From: Octopus vulgaris
Taxonomy: Eukaryota
Direction of reading: 5' to 3'
Length of the DNA: 64,000 bases
Assembly (NCBI GenBank): GCA_951406725.2
Contig: OX597831.1
Span: 43,896,001 to 43,960,000, forward strand
Numbering within the stretch: the first letter of the stretch is position 1; the number at the start of each line of letters is the position of its first letter. Made by a program: the position numbers and the translations under genes. Of this stretch, positions 27,830 through 43,411 are shown piece by piece. Under the pieces are notes generated by a model. That model was not told the DNA's origin. It saw only the letters and a program-made list of their open reading frames with translations, and did no database searches.

Positions 27830-28607
27830 CCCTACATTGCTTGACGTCTGACTTGGTTTGCTTACGTCCCCGCAACTTAGCGGTTCGGCAAAAAATACCC
27901 GTAGAGAAAGAACCAGACTTTAAAAAAAAGTAGAAAAATAAAATGTATTGCGGTCAATTCGGTCGAGCAAATCCTTCAAGTTGGTATCCCAGGGTGTGTT
28001 CCACTCAATGACTGAATAATGAATAAGACGAAATATAAGAAAAACGAGAGGCGACAGTCGCCATTTTAACTGAATAAAAATTATCATTCACTCATTTATT
28101 TTGTATTATATTTCTGTATTTGATTTATATTTCCGCTACTTGGGACTCCAGCAAATTTTAAAAGTTATGCAACTTTTACATTTTTATTTAAATCATTTTT
28201 ATATCTCATGGCTTTTATTGTCAGTAGCCTATGTATGCACATACACATTTCGAGTTAAAAGTTTCCAGTCATATGGATATTATAGTATAAAATATGGTAA
28301 TTGGGGTCCAACTGGACTTCACTGGCCTTCTGTGAAATTATTCTTTTCTGTTCTTTTTTCAGATATTCCGATGAACTGTAAGTCAATTTTCTTCGTATTT
28401 GTACTGGTATGAAACGCTAAACTAAATAATTTTGTTTTATTCTATATTTAGTGCTATATGTATAGTTTATAAAACTATAAATAATGTTGATTTCTTTCAA
28501 TAAATGTGTTTTTCAGTCAATAAATTATATTTTAATTCCCCTCCATTAAACGCTAATAATTACAAATATATACTTATAAAGCGCTAAATTCTTGTTCTGT
28601 ATCATGC

Positions 28608-28658
<51 letters not shown>

Positions 28659-28754
28659 AAATTTAACAAACATTACTTTATGGATAGTGCGGAAATGCGC
28701 AATAATAAAAGGTTAGTCCTTGGTCCAACGAAGAGTTAAACATCGGAACTTACA

Positions 28755-29700
28755 CGCCTAGACGTTCCATCCATAACAGTCTCGTCTGTTGCTGCTGTTA
28801 CAACACAGAATTACACTTGATTGAATCTACGTGTTATGAAAGGCGTTCCAGTTTAGCCATAAACAAGACTGATTTGAAGGAGGTTCTGTACATAAGCTGA
28901 AGCATTTTAGCCAAGCAAATGGACCCAGAACTTACTTCCTTGAAAAACAGTCTCGATCTTATTTCATTGGTTTCTTTATTTATGTCGGTAAATCTACGGG
29001 GTCGTAAACAAATGGGACTGTCACGACTGGAACATCTGTCATAATACGTGTATTCAATCACATTGTAACCCTGAGTTATGTCAACATGACAACAACACTA
29101 CAACTGCAATAAAACATCACCGCCAACAGACAACACTGTCACGGATGGAACGCCTTTTGTAATGTGCCTACTCGATTAAGTGTAATCCTGAGTTATAACA
29201 ATGACAAATACAACTGCAACAACAGACGAGACTGTTACGGATGGAAAGCCTTTCATAATGCGTCAACTCAAGTGTAATTCTGAGTTATAACTGCAACAAC
29301 AAACGAGACTGTCACGGCTGGAACGCCTTTAATAATGCGTAGATTCAATCTAGTGTAATCCCGAGTTATAACAACAGCAACAACAAACGAGATTGTCACG
29401 GCTGGAACGCCTTTCATAATGCGTAGATTCAATCTAGTGTAATCCCGAGTTATAACAACAGCAACAACAAACGAGACTGTCACGGCTGGAACGCCTTTCA
29501 TAATGCGTAGATTCAATCTAGTGTAATCCCGAGTTTTAACAACAGCAACAACAAACGAGACTGTCACGGCTGGAACGCCTTTCATAATGCGTAGATTCAA
29601 TCTAGTGTAATCCCGAGTTATAACAACAGCAATAACAAACGAGACTGTCACAGCTGGAACGCCTTTCATAATGCGTCTACCCAAGTGTGACCCAGAGCTA
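28755..29700. repeat. 84-bp minisatellite (about 7 copies at ~29100-29700) with an inverted diverged copy at 28755-28855
   Basis: Unit acaaacgagactgtcacggctggaacgcctttcataatgcgtagattcaatctagtgtaatcccgagttataacaacagcaaca; period 84 (29467 to 29551). Confidence 0.9.
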
Positions 29701-30749
29701 TAACAACAACAACAACAACGAGCACAAGAGCAGCAGCAGCAACAACAACAACAACAACAACAGCAGCAGCAACAACAATAATAACTACGAGATTTACACA
29801 TTATATTCTGCTCGATCCTTTGGTTTCCTTACTGCGTTTTACTGTGTCTTCCTGAAAGTTTAATTAGACGAGTCTGACCTATTTTAAAAGATCATCGTCT
29901 TCTTCCCTCGATAATAAACATTTTCAATCTTCAGCCTGTTCCCTACACGCCCTAATCTCTCCCTTTTTTCTCTCCCTCCGCCATCCACCGTCAGCAGCAG
30001 CAAGGGAAGAACAGAAGAATAAGAAGAATAAGTAGATTGACAAATGAATGTTACGTTAAGTAACAAGCCTCCGGTTGCCACAGCAACGACAGTTTGCTAA
30101 TCGAACGCTCCTTCCTCTCCCTTCTTCTCCTACTTTCACTTTCTTCTCCCCCACCTTCTCTCTGTGTCTCTTTCTCTCGTTTGTACAACGAATACCTCGT
30201 GTCTATCTAGATTTTTCAATGTAAACACATTTACTTCGGTGCATATAATTATAAATACAGCCGGAAAACTTTGGTTTGGTTCCTTGAGATAAAAGCAACT
30301 CTCTTTGTAGGGTGACCTTTTTATTACGCATGCCTCGTCTTTGAGGAGAAGGTAATGAAGAGCGCCGATCGTAGCCTCGCACAGAATAAATGACAGAGCC
30401 GGACCGATAGTGTGAGGCCTTGGGTCAGCTAATAACAGGGTAGTGGGCTCGACGAGATGTGTGTTGAGCAAATTGCAGAAAATCACCAACAGCATGCAAA
30501 AGAATAGGGTATGACAGAACATTGTTAATACACCCATGTAAAAGACGTGTGATGTAAATATTATACCATAGCACGGCATAATATTGTATACATAGGCATT
30601 GTGCTTACATACATGCATGAACGCATAAATACGTGCGTGTTTGTTTGTGCGTGTGTGTGTGTGTGAGAGAGAGAGAGTATGTGAGAGAGAGAGTGTGTAT
30701 ATGTATGTGTGCGTGCGTGTGCATGTGTGTATGTATATGTGTATGTGTG

Positions 30750-30795
<46 letters not shown>

Positions 30796-30934
30796 CGCAC
30801 ATACATTCACACATACAAATATATACATATGTGTATACGTATATATACTTATTAATATACATACACATACAAATATATATATATATTATACACACACGCA
30901 CACACATATACGTGTGTGTATACACACACAGACA

Positions 30935-30990
<56 letters not shown>

Positions 30991-30999
30991 TACATACAT

Positions 31000-31052
<53 letters not shown>

Positions 31053-31146
31053 CATGCACGTACTTTTGGCTTTTTTGCGCATCTACACAACCGTGCATAC
31101 ATAACATATTTGTATGCGTAATCTTATTAACAAAGGTACGATTATG

Positions 31147-31186
<40 letters not shown>

Positions 31187-31610
31187 GTGTTTGCATCATG
31201 TACAGAGATGCCAAAACCTATGTGATCTCCAGTAAACAGCTAAACAGCTTACGTGGAGAATATCGCTCGGTGTATATTGCACGTAAAGCACACAATCACA
31301 CCAATATTAATGATTGCTTTCACAGGCACAAGGTCAAAGATTTGGTGCGAGGAGTGGAGAAGCGGAGGAGCCGAAGAGTGGATGAGCAGGGGTGGGTGGG
31401 GGGTTAGTTGATTCCAACGACCTCAGCACTTGACCGATACTTTTGTGTTTTTTTTTTTTTATCGACCTACGAAGGATGACAGGCAAAGTTCACTATGTCG
31501 GAATTCGAACTTAGAGACGTAAAGAGCCGGAAGAAATACCGCATTGCATATTTTGCGACGGGCTTTCAATTCTGCCAGCTCGTTGCCTGATATAATCTGT
31601 GTGAATGTAT

Positions 31611-31685
<75 letters not shown>

Positions 31686-31865
31686 TATGTATGTGTACAC
31701 ACTCACACATGCACGTATGTCCTCATACACACACACAGGCATGAATGTTTATGCTAATGTACATTCTTGTTTCATAATATATACTCTTAAATTTGTGTTT
31801 CTGAGAATTTAAGCCTGTGTGTATATGTATGTGTATCGGTGACTGTGTGTATCTGTGCGTTATCA

Positions 31866-31918
<53 letters not shown>

Positions 31919-31927
31919 CATACATAC

Positions 31928-32004
<77 letters not shown>

Positions 32005-32005
32005 T

Positions 32006-32039
<34 letters not shown>

Positions 32040-32179
32040 TGTAGGTTTCCCTACCGCTTGGTTTTGGCTTCGGTACCATTGAGTGTACCTTGGTACCTTG
32101 AGCAAGTATCATTCTACTATTGCCTTGTGAGTAGATTTGGTAGAGGGAAACTGTAAGAATCTTGTCGTGCATCTATGCA

Positions 32180-32230
<51 letters not shown>

Positions 32231-32366
32231 CAGAGATAGAAAAAGGGAAACTCATATATTTTATAAAGAGCATTGTTGTTCGCTTGAAGCATTGTAGCAC
32301 AGAAGTAGAATAATAAATGGAATGAGAAATAAATAAGGCTTCTAACATGGCAGAAAGTTTTAAAAA

Positions 32367-32404
32367 CTTTTATATTTCGGGCGCAAACGCCCATCTTCAA
32401 AGGA
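32367..32404 (-). ncRNA. Degenerate hammerhead-like motif
   Basis: Minus strand: TTGAAGA t gggcg tttg cgccc GAAA ta TA aaag; stem II perfect, stem I weak. Confidence 0.4.
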
Positions 32405-32628
32405 ATACAGCCAAAGAAATGTTAGCTTACACAAATCCTGTACATACCTACATACATACATACATACATACATACATACATACATACATACATACATACA
32501 TACATGCCTGCATATATACATACATACGTATGTATGTATATGTATGTATATGTATATGTATATGTGTATGTATATTTATCTATATATGTGTGCGTAATAG
32601 CATTTATAAAATAGGAATATTTTATGAA

Positions 32629-32673
32629 GTACGACACATGTTTCGACCCGTCGTTCTGGCTCTCTTCGGGTAC
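32629..32673 (-). ncRNA. Hammerhead motif with one core change (U4C)
   Basis: Minus strand: GTAC CCGAAGA gagcc..gggtc GAAA catgtg TC GTAC. Confidence 0.55.
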
Positions 32674-32735
32674 ATCAACCTAAACTGTGCCAGTGCTTTA
32701 CTCATCATCTATTTATACATGTTGTATAATTTTTC

Positions 32736-32773
<38 letters not shown>

Positions 32774-32834
32774 GGAAAATATATACATACATATATTATT
32801 AAACATATATATTATATATATGTATATATATATA

Positions 32835-33025
32835 CTTTATTTAAAGCAGCAGAAAATTCAACAAAATCTGTTACTCTGAGTTTCTCGTTGCCGTTCATCA
32901 GACAGTTTTTCCTAGCAAAAACTGTCTGTTGAATTTTCTGCTGCTTTAAATAAAGCATATTACTCTACCACTGGTATTTGAGTACTCTTTTTTCCACCTT
33001 GTTTCACATTTATGTGTTTACTCCG

Positions 33026-33028
<3 letters not shown>
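32835..33028. mobile_element. Fold-back plus tail element in (TA)n; diverged sibling at 33189-33390
   Basis: ctttatttaaagcagcagaaaattcaaca ... tgttgaattttctgctgctttaaataaag; the sibling shares gaaactc.gagtaacag and the tail catttatgtg. Confidence 0.75.
32868..32905 (-). ncRNA. Type I hammerhead ribozyme motif
   Basis: Minus strand: CTGT CTGATGA acggcaacga GAAA ctcagag TA ACAG; stem III ACTC-A-GAGT; stem II weak. Confidence 0.7.
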
Positions 33029-33065
<37 letters not shown>

Positions 33066-33446
33066 TTATTATATATATATGTATTTATTATATATATATG
33101 TATACACATATATATACATGTATATATATGTATATATATACATATATATATGTGTGTGTATGTACATTCATACACACACACTCATATACTTTTATTAAAG
33201 CTACAAGATCTTCACAAAACTGTTTTACGTTCCCGTTCGCCTGACAGTATTCGTCACAATCGTCCGAGACGAAGAGAAACGTGAAACTCTGAGTAACAGT
33301 TTTGTGAAGATTTTACATCTTTCATAAAAGCATTTTACTCTACCTTAGGTATTTTTACAACCTTGTTTTGCATTTATGTGCTTGCTCGGGTATATATACT
33401 AACTGTCGAACAATATGCTTCTTGAAATTCAAATGTTTTTATGCCT

Positions 33447-33848
33447 TTACTCTTTTACTCTTTTACTCTTTTACTTGTTTCAGTCATTTGACTGCGGCCA
33501 TGCTGAAGCACCGCCTTTAGTCGAGCAAATCGACCCCGGGACTTATTCTTTGTAAGCCCAGTACTTATTCTATCGGTCTCTTTTGCCGAACCGCTAAGTG
33601 ACGGGGACGTAAACACATCAAGCAATGCTAGGGGGACAAACACAGACACACAAACACACACACACACACACACACATACATATATATATATAGGCTTCTT
33701 TCAGTTTCCGTCAACCAAATCCACTCACAAGGCATTGGTCGGCCCGGGGCTATAGCAGAAGACACTTGCCCAAGATGCCACGCAGTGGGACTGAACCCGG
33801 AACCATGTGGTTGGTTAGCAAGCTACTTACCACACAGCCACTCCTGCG
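33447..33848 (-). mobile_element. SINE family B copy
   Basis: Near-identical to 12845-13227. Confidence 0.85.
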
Positions 33849-34064
33849 CATATTCCTCTTTGCCCATATTCAACCTTGTAGCGAAAAGTAAATAGATTTT
33901 ATTTGCGTGTTTATATTTGCTCCATGAACAGAAAACTTCGGGATCGATATCACTAGTTTCTTTTCTTCGTAGGACGTCACCTAAGAAGAAAAATAGCCAT
34001 CTTCTGTCTCTGTAAAATTTAATAGCTCTCAGGATTATTTTTTTGTTCCATACTTCATCTTGTA

Positions 34065-34400
34065 ATCTTCCTGAACATGTGATGTTTCCCTGGGTGGTAA
34101 GGTATTTCGTGGCTTTCAAAATCAGACACTCTCCGATGTGACCCAGTGGAGTTGATCAAACCCCAGCTTTTGTCTAGTTGTCTATTTAGCACAGTCCCTT
34201 TCAGGGCTTACACCTTCTAATCGCCATCTTGAGGCAACATCTGCTGCCTCCTCGGGCAACTTGGTGACCTTCTGCCTACTGGCCTCTGTGATAACAAGCA
34301 TGTTATAAGCTCTGTAGGGGGACTGGCCTACAAGCCCCTGCACCTCACTCCGATGTGGGTCACTCCTTGCTTGTAACCTATTGCTTTAGCATAGTTCCAT
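34065..34400 (-). pseudogene. HERO-like non-LTR retrotransposon 3' remnant
   Basis: Minus strand IGVRCRG/LVGQSPYRAYNML...EEAADVASRW resembles the RLE C-terminus (EVGCRG...EAAE.ASRW), followed by UTR-like sequence; recalled similarity only. Confidence 0.55.
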
Positions 34401-35052
34401 AATCTCAGTATATTTCCTTAGGACAAAGGACAAAGGTCCTTTCCGAGTCATATAGACGCATAAGAGCCAGTTTCCCCGTTTCCATGGCGTATATACTCCC
34501 CACTGGAAGGGAATCCGGTCTGTCACAGGATTACTCATTTTTTTCCATCTGAGTGGACTGGAGCAATATGAAATGAAGTGTTTTGCTCAAGAACACAACG
34601 TGTCGCCAGGTCCATAAATCGAAACCGCAATTTTACGATCATGAGTCCAATCCCTAACCACTAAGCCACATGCTTCCGCGTATATTTCCTTAGAGTATAT
34701 AAAATCGTTTACAACTAAACAGACCTGTCTAATTTGCATAACAGCCTGGTTGATTAATGTATTGAATACTAGTGCATTTCGAATTACTTAATTACAGTGT
34801 AAGCGCTGGTGCTGTTATGCAAATAAGGCAAACTAGCGCAGCTGCAATCGAATTTGTACACACATTAAATAACTGTTAACTAATATATTTTTTTTTCTGT
34901 GGAACACTAAATAGATGTTCGTTCTCTGATGAATGAATACAAACACTAGAAGCTACTCAGACGTATTCTACGTAATTTTCTGCCTAATCGTTTATATTTG
35001 ACAACAAAGCTAAAGTTTCATTTTTTAAATTATTGATACATATATGCGTGTG

Positions 35053-35110
<58 letters not shown>

Positions 35111-35616
35111 CTATAACGAGCAAGAATAAAAAATTACAAACAGAAGGATTAGCCAGATAAATATGGCCCCCAGACACACACACATAGACATAAACTTTCT
35201 CCCAGCGTTCACTATTTTTCTCTCGTTCTGGTCTGACGACCCTCCATGTTTGTTTTCGTTCGGTTTCTTTGTATGTTTCCACTGTCATGTTTTTGTTCTC
35301 AACTTTGACCCTCCATAAATCATAAATTGTATTTAAGAATTTACTGGAGCAACTCTCTTTGAAGACTCATATTGTCGTTGAATGCTCGAAATAAGGAGTA
35401 GATAGACGACCGACAACTGATGAAAGGTCTTTCTATGTGTTTACTTATCCTGTTTCCCACTTTTTTCACGTTGTTTACGTATTTAACTCGTTTGTTTACG
35501 AATTTCATGTTTTTTGGGTACAGTTGGTGATCTGTACCCATATATGCATGTATATATATATTATATTATATTATTTATTATATAATTGAAAGCGACGCAT
35601 CCATTTCCAAGTATGC

Positions 35617-35682
<66 letters not shown>

Positions 35683-36216
35683 TATTTTATTGTATTTGTA
35701 TAACTTTGTCCGTTTTTTCCCCGTCTTTGTTTTTGTATGCATTCGCTACTTTCTTTCAAGGAATCTGATGCTCTTTGCTTAGTTTTTCATTGGGGCTGGC
35801 CAGATTGGAGCAATCTCAAATAAAATCCGCCGAAATTACGAAGATAATCTGGTACTTGACTGAGGAAAGAAAACTTCGTATGACCCGTCCTTGTTTTCTT
35901 TGTATCGTCTATCTGGATGTTTTGCGGTCCCATTTTTGTATCACCTAACTGTCCGTATGCTTTGCGTTCTTGCCCCATTTCGTATATATATATATAAACA
36001 GCTAGGCGCAATATATTGCCGTAAACGAACAGTTTTATAGTCACTAGTTGCGAATGATGGTGCCAAAGCAAGAAATAAGAGTTAAAAATTCTTAATGCTG
36101 AGTAAAGCGCACAATATTTGTCAGTGTTTATATATTGTGCACTTCATACAGCATTAAGAGTTTTAAACACTTCTTGCAAAAAGAAGTTTTGGCACCCTCT
36201 GTCATAATTAGTAACG

Positions 36217-36264
<48 letters not shown>

Positions 36265-36327
36265 GGCGGTGCGCCAGCATGGCCGCAGTCAGATGGGTGA
36301 AACAAATAAAAGGATAAACGAATACAC

Positions 36328-36410
<83 letters not shown>

Positions 36411-36435
36411 TATATATATATGTATATGTATATAT

Positions 36436-36651
36436 TTCGTTTTGGGATTTTGTTTGCAAGATTCTTTATATGAGTTCGTGTGTTGAAGCATATTCTGTTG
36501 TGTCTGGGGAGAGTCATTCTCTTTCAGTGCCTTAATATTTAACACACTCACCGGTAAAATTTCCACATATTTGTTATTTTTATTTTCTAAAATTTTCGTT
36601 GTGTTAAATAATAAGGCACTAAAAGAGAATGACTCTCCCCAGACACAACAG
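36436..36651. mobile_element. Inverted-repeat element within (TA)n
   Basis: Arms 36495-36545 and 36600-36651 (ctgttgtgtctggggagagtcattctcttt / aaagagaatgactctccccagacacaacag). Confidence 0.7.
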
Positions 36652-36659
36652 TATATGTA

Positions 36660-36733
<74 letters not shown>

Positions 36734-36861
36734 ATAGAACTGTTTCATACAGGACTAGAACTGTTTCATTCAAACTGTTTCATAAAATAAATTAATTTAC
36801 TCTGCTATGTATTGAGTACCTTATTTACTGTGGTTAACCCCGACTCAACCCGGGACCTATA

Positions 36862-36909
<48 letters not shown>

Positions 36910-36924
36910 TGTGTGTGTGAGTGT

Positions 36925-36990
<66 letters not shown>

Positions 36991-37121
36991 GGATGGATAG
37001 ATAATGTTTACGTATTTATGGATATACGCACAAAGAGTGGAGGAGAAAAGGAAAGAGACATGAATGGAGATAAGTAGTAATAGAGAGACAGAGAGGAACT
37101 GAGAAAGAGATAAGCGAAGAG

Positions 37122-37160
<39 letters not shown>

Positions 37161-37418
37161 GCACATGCACGCACACACACACATACACGCGCACACGCGC
37201 GCACACACACACACACACACGCAAACATTTTCAGCTTATCCACGAATTAGAATAAGGAATAAAACTACGCAATTTTTTTTCTTCCAGAAATTCATTAAAA
37301 GAATCTATGAAATATCTAATCAGGAACTGTAATTCAAGTTGCCTAAAATACGGTTTAAAGAATTAATTTTAAAATCATGGATTGCGGGATAAGCGGCACC
37401 CTCGTAGGGAACAACCGT

Positions 37419-37481
<63 letters not shown>

Positions 37482-38920
37482 GTAGTAGTAGTAGTAGTAG
37501 TAGTAGTATATTCCCTTCCGTGCCTTATATGAATAACTTCAATAAAAAACAATTCTAATTACTTCAGACAAAGTAAACGTTATATATTTTCTATTCTGTT
37601 TTCCGCTTCATCGACGACCTTTCTCACACCGTTTCTGGTGACGAACTGTTTAACAAAGTCGTTAAACAAGATATACCCTGAAGAGATTGAACTAACGGAA
37701 AGTGGGGGGTGGGGTGGAACAAAGCAAGAAAAAACCAGAAACAAAAAAATGATAAAGTAGTACACTCATTATTCTTTCTTGAACGTAGATTCATGCACAT
37801 TAAGAATGGCGAACTAATATACAAACTTTTATTTACTTATTTGTTGTTAATAGAACGGGGCAATTTTGAATTCTTTCTCTTATAGTACGAATTCCAGAAA
37901 CGATTAGTAATTTTGCTGATAAAATATATTATTCAAAGCTTTTAAGTAATTTTTTTTTTTTGCTTTCTTCCCTTCTTTTTTTTTTTTGTTAAAGGAATTA
38001 CACGAAATATAAACTAAATGCAGAAAATTTCTTAGCTCAAAGCGTAGAATTTTCGCCAAAATATCTCAAAAATCAAGGAGCTGGTTTAAAGAATTATCAA
38101 CGAAAATTGTATAAAATGGCAGCTAAAATAATTTTAATAAGTTCACAACAATTCATAATGAATTCATAAAAGTCATTCCTTACAATCAAAATAATTCTGT
38201 GACTGGGTTTGCTCTGTGATGTAAATTATTCCACGCAGCCATAGTAGTGCGGTTAAGAAGCTCGCTTTATAATCACATGTTATGGTTTCAGTCCCACTGT
38301 GTGACACCTTAGTCAAGTGTCTCCTACTATATCTCTGAATCAAGCAATGTTCTATGGTTGAAGTTGGAAGACTGAAACTATGTGGGCAGCTCGTCGTATA
38401 TATATATACACAACTTATAAATAAGGGCTAAAGAAAATTATTTCAATGCCAATATGCTGATAAAAGACTTTTAAATCGTCAATTTCCACATATTATTTAC
38501 TCGCTACAGAAAAAAAGCACGAAGAACTGAAATCGGGAAAGCCGGCCGAAAGAATTTTTTTTAAAAGTTCGTTATTTCTATATTGAATCAATTTCGGAAT
38601 TAATCTCACAATAAATTCTTTCCTCTTCAGTAGAACATACGAAAGGATATAAATAAGATACTTACATGCGCCCATGGAAAAAAGCCGAAGCAAAAATCAT
38701 GAGTACATATAAGTACCCCAGATATATCTAAAAAAAAAAATTCTTTGATCAGCCTCAGCACAACGTGTTGACTGTTCTCCACTACAGGTTATAGTGGTTA
38801 CCAGTCCCTATAGCGAGTAGTAATAAGTCTACTACTAATATCTCAAAAATCAAGGAGATGATTTAAAGATTATCAACGAAAATTGTATAAAATGGCAGCT
38901 AACTTCATCCTATATTAGCA

Positions 38921-38968
<48 letters not shown>

Positions 38969-39164
38969 GCGCCCTTTTAAAGCCTAGCCAAACTATGGGC
39001 CCGGTTTCCCGGTTTCAATGGCGTGTGTGTTCCCTAGCTTCTTCTTCAGTGATATGACTACATAACACTGAATGGAGAGGATATGCGATATTTGACCGAT
39101 TGATATTTGGCCAATCGAAGCCTTGTGAGTAGATTTGGCAGACGGAAACTGAAAGAAGCCCGTC

Positions 39165-39244
<80 letters not shown>

Positions 39245-39966
39245 TGTGTCTGTGTGTGTGTGTCTGTGTTTGTTCTCCCACCATCGCTTGACAACCGATG
39301 CTGGTGTGCTTACATCCCTGTAACTAGCGGTTCGGCAAATAGAATAAGTACTAGGCTTACAAAGAATAAGTCCTGGAGTCGATTTGCTCGACTAAAAGCG
39401 GTTCTCCAGCATGGCCACAGTCAAATGACTGAAACAAATAATAGAACAAAAAATACACAGCATAAAGATTAAAACTACTAATAAGTTCTTGCTGTGAAGA
39501 CACGGAGCTATACAGGCTTTTATAACCTGGCTTGTGTATCTAGAAAACCTGCAGGCTATGACGGCATGCTTTGTGAACAGCAAGGAATATGTGTCTTCAC
39601 AGCAAAAACTCGTGTCTTCACAGCAAGAAACTCGTGTCTTCACAGCAAGAAAAATTTAGCAGCTCTTATCTTTAAACCGTGGACGCAGAAAGTACAGGAG
39701 CCACTCAAAGGTTTTGCAAGCTCTTGTAAACACAATGTAATACTGGAAACCCTTCAGGTATCGTTAGCGGATATCTCGGAGTCGCAAGCGTATCTCAAGG
39801 TCACAACACTGTATGCTTCACCTGAATGGGGCAGCGTGGGGTAAGCTAGTCTTCACCTACAAAAGGGTTCCACACCCATCTTTTACACACACAGAGACAC
39901 ACACATATATATACATATATATATACATATGTATATGTATATATATACAAACATACACATACACAC

Positions 39967-40045
<79 letters not shown>

Positions 40046-40048
<3 letters not shown>

Positions 40049-40241
40049 GGGGAGAATTCACAAAAAGCAAAAGACGAAAGACAGGTGGTGTAAACAACAA
40101 ACAAATGTATTAGTTTAACGCTCGGGAAGTGAAAAAGTCTTTAACGTTTCAAGCCTACGATCTTCTACAGAAAGGAACACAGAAAGAAACAAGGAGAGAA
40201 GATAATAAAGAATGTGTAGTGGCTAGCGATCTATCATGGCG
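40046..40241 (-). mobile_element. Sibling of the 11440 element with decayed hammerhead (40139-40174)
   Basis: Minus strand: CTTT CTGTAGA agatcgtaggctt GAAA cg TT AAAG. Confidence 0.65.
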
Positions 40242-40261
40242 AATACGTGAGCGTGTGTAGG

Positions 40262-40314
<53 letters not shown>

Positions 40315-40679
40315 CACACACACACACACAAACACACACATACACAAACACATGCACACGCACACGCACACACACATACACACCACACACATGCATTGAT
40401 TATAGATCTTTATTTTAAAGTCTTTTATCTGTGTGGAATCGGATTTTAGAGAAGTACTACTTTGTAGCATTTCAATGCTTCACCTAATGTGCTTTTTTCA
40501 CGCAAACCCTTTAACCTGGAAAAATATTTCCAGCGTTTTCTATTTCCTAAAACCCTTCTAAACCGAAGAATCTGACTCCTTTTTATATCAACACGTTGGA
40601 GAAACCTCTCCATGCCTGGAAGAATAAGAATCGGGAAATAACGTGCACGTGTAAGCAAAATGTCAAACATATACATATA

Positions 40680-40739
<60 letters not shown>

Positions 40740-41510
40740 ACATACGTACACAGAAAATGTTCATAAGCTATTCTTTTGACTATGCATGTCATACACACAT
40801 GCAAACATTCGTACATATAAAACTTAAAGGCATTCTTAAGTCACACCATATTCCCACACATGTATGCACTCTCTATCTCTCGCGCTCTTTCTCTCACTCA
40901 CTCAATCTACCTCTCGCTTCTTCTCTTCCTGCTTCTCTCCTCTTCATAATTCTTTCTTCTCTCTCACTCTCTCTCCCTCTCTCTCTTTCCCTTTTTTCCT
41001 CTCTCCTTTTCATACGCCCTCTCTCTCTCTCGCGCGCGCCTTCTGTTCCTCCCTCTCTCCTCTTCATACTTCTTCTCTCTCACACACACACACTCTCTCT
41101 CTCTTGCTCCTTCTCTTCGTCTCTCTCTCTCTTGCTCCTTCTCTTCCTCTCTCTCTCTTGCTCCTTCTCTTCCTCTCTCTCTCTTGCTCCTTCTCTTCCT
41201 CCCTCTCTCTTCTTCATACTTTTCTTTCTCTTACTCTAGCTCTCTCTCTCCTTCTCTTGCTTCTTCTCTCATCTTCATACTTCCTCTCTCTCCCTCTCTC
41301 ACATACACACTCTCTCTCTTGCTCCTTCTCTTCCTCCCTCTCTCGTCTCTTCATACTTCTTTCTCTCTTACTCCAGCTCTCTCTCTCTCTCTTCCTCTCT
41401 TGCTCCCTCTTCTTTCTTTCTCTCTCTCTTTCCCTCTCACACACACACGTGCATCATTACATGCACATACACATTCACACAAAACATGCAAACATTCATT
41501 CTCACACACA

Positions 41511-41561
<51 letters not shown>

Positions 41562-41582
41562 TTCTTTAACATGCGCACACAG

Positions 41583-41614
<32 letters not shown>

Positions 41615-41950
41615 GTACACACACACACATACACACACACCACTATTAACGAAGGTGCAATGTTTACCGACCGAGTGAAAATAACCTTATTTCAATTGTT
41701 TGCAACGAAACGTTATATAACTGAGGGTTTTTTTCTGTATTTTATCTAATTTATTCTCCCTATTCTAAATAATTTTAATAGTGTAAATGAAATTTGTTTT
41801 GCATAGTACTTTATCCCACCCCACTATCTCTCCACTATGTCACTCTTATCAATATATCTCCCCCCTCTCTTTCTATCTCGCTTTCTGTCTACTGTTATCT
41901 ACTGTTATACATACATATGTACGCCCGTAAGTGTATGCACATTATGTGTA

Positions 41951-42095
<145 letters not shown>

Positions 42096-42148
42096 ATCTA
42101 TCTGTATGTGTGTGTATGTATGTATATATGTATGTATGTATACATACA

Positions 42149-42203
<55 letters not shown>

Positions 42204-42704
42204 GTATCTATCTATCTATCTATCTATCTATCTGTCTGTCTGTCTGTCTGTCTATTTATCTATCTATCTATCTATATATGTGTGTATGTATGTATATATA
42301 CATATCTATCTATCTATCTATCTATCGACCGATCTGTCTATCAATCTATTTATCTTTCTATTTATTTATCTATCTACATATATGTGTGTCTTTGTGTAAA
42401 TATACATATGTATGTATGTATGTATTAAGAGAGAAAGAGAGAGCAAAATAAAAAAGAGAGAGAGAGTGCAAAAGAAAGGGAGAGAGAGTGCAAAAGAAAG
42501 GGAGAGAGAATATATATGTATATTTACATACAGTGTGTGTATACATATATATTTATGTATATACTATAAGATATAGTATGTACATTATATACGTGTATAC
42601 ACACACACATAAACACATACACACGCACACACATATGTATGTGAGCTTGTGTGTGTTCGCATATATATATATATATATATCATATGCAGTATATATACTT
42701 ATAT

Positions 42705-42778
<74 letters not shown>

Positions 42779-43411
42779 ACACATACTCACACACACACTG
42801 ATATCTATAATCACCAGTTCTGTAGATATTTCCAGTCGTTCACTTTCGCAACTAGTTGGTCCTGATCACGATCCTCATCAATGTTATCATTACGGTTCAT
42901 CTTCCAATACATTGCGAGTTTCACCTTTGATCATAGCTTAATTGATTCCCTCACCAAAGTGAGCCATGCGTTCGTTATTAGAACGGCGTGTGCGTATGTA
43001 TGTATGTGCATAATACGTATGTATTTTGTCTATGTTTGTCTATGTATTTCGTGTGTGTGTGTGTGTATATGCGTGTGCGTGTGCGCGTGTGTGTGTATCC
43101 GTATATGTGCCTCTGTTTATTTGTATCTGTCTGTTTTCCTTTTGTATATCTGTCTCTTTTTTGTATTGTTTGTTTTGCATTTTGGAAAGGCGTTATTTTC
43201 CCATCTTGTTTATAATAAGGTACAAAGTTGTTCTCTTTTGACAGTTTCTAATATCTAGATTGTATTTTTAGGAAAAAGGGTTGATCTTAAGGCAAAAAAC
43301 AACAAAGAAAAAAACAAAGGGGGCTCGTCTTTAAGGGTACATTAGTGTAAACATTTTAATTTCGCTGGGAGCATTTCCCGCCAAAAATTTGCAGAATGCA
43401 AACAAATACCA

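Noticed and set aside
35674-35982. Hammerhead in a TA-flanked block (ctgaggaaagaaaac, ctgatgct)
   Set aside because: No stem II or stem I pairing could be built around the partial cores
38060-38901. ~65-bp dispersed duplicate (38060 and 38838); similar pairs at 900/1635 and 11260/12180
   Set aside because: Real but ordinary local duplications or repeat fragments with no further structure
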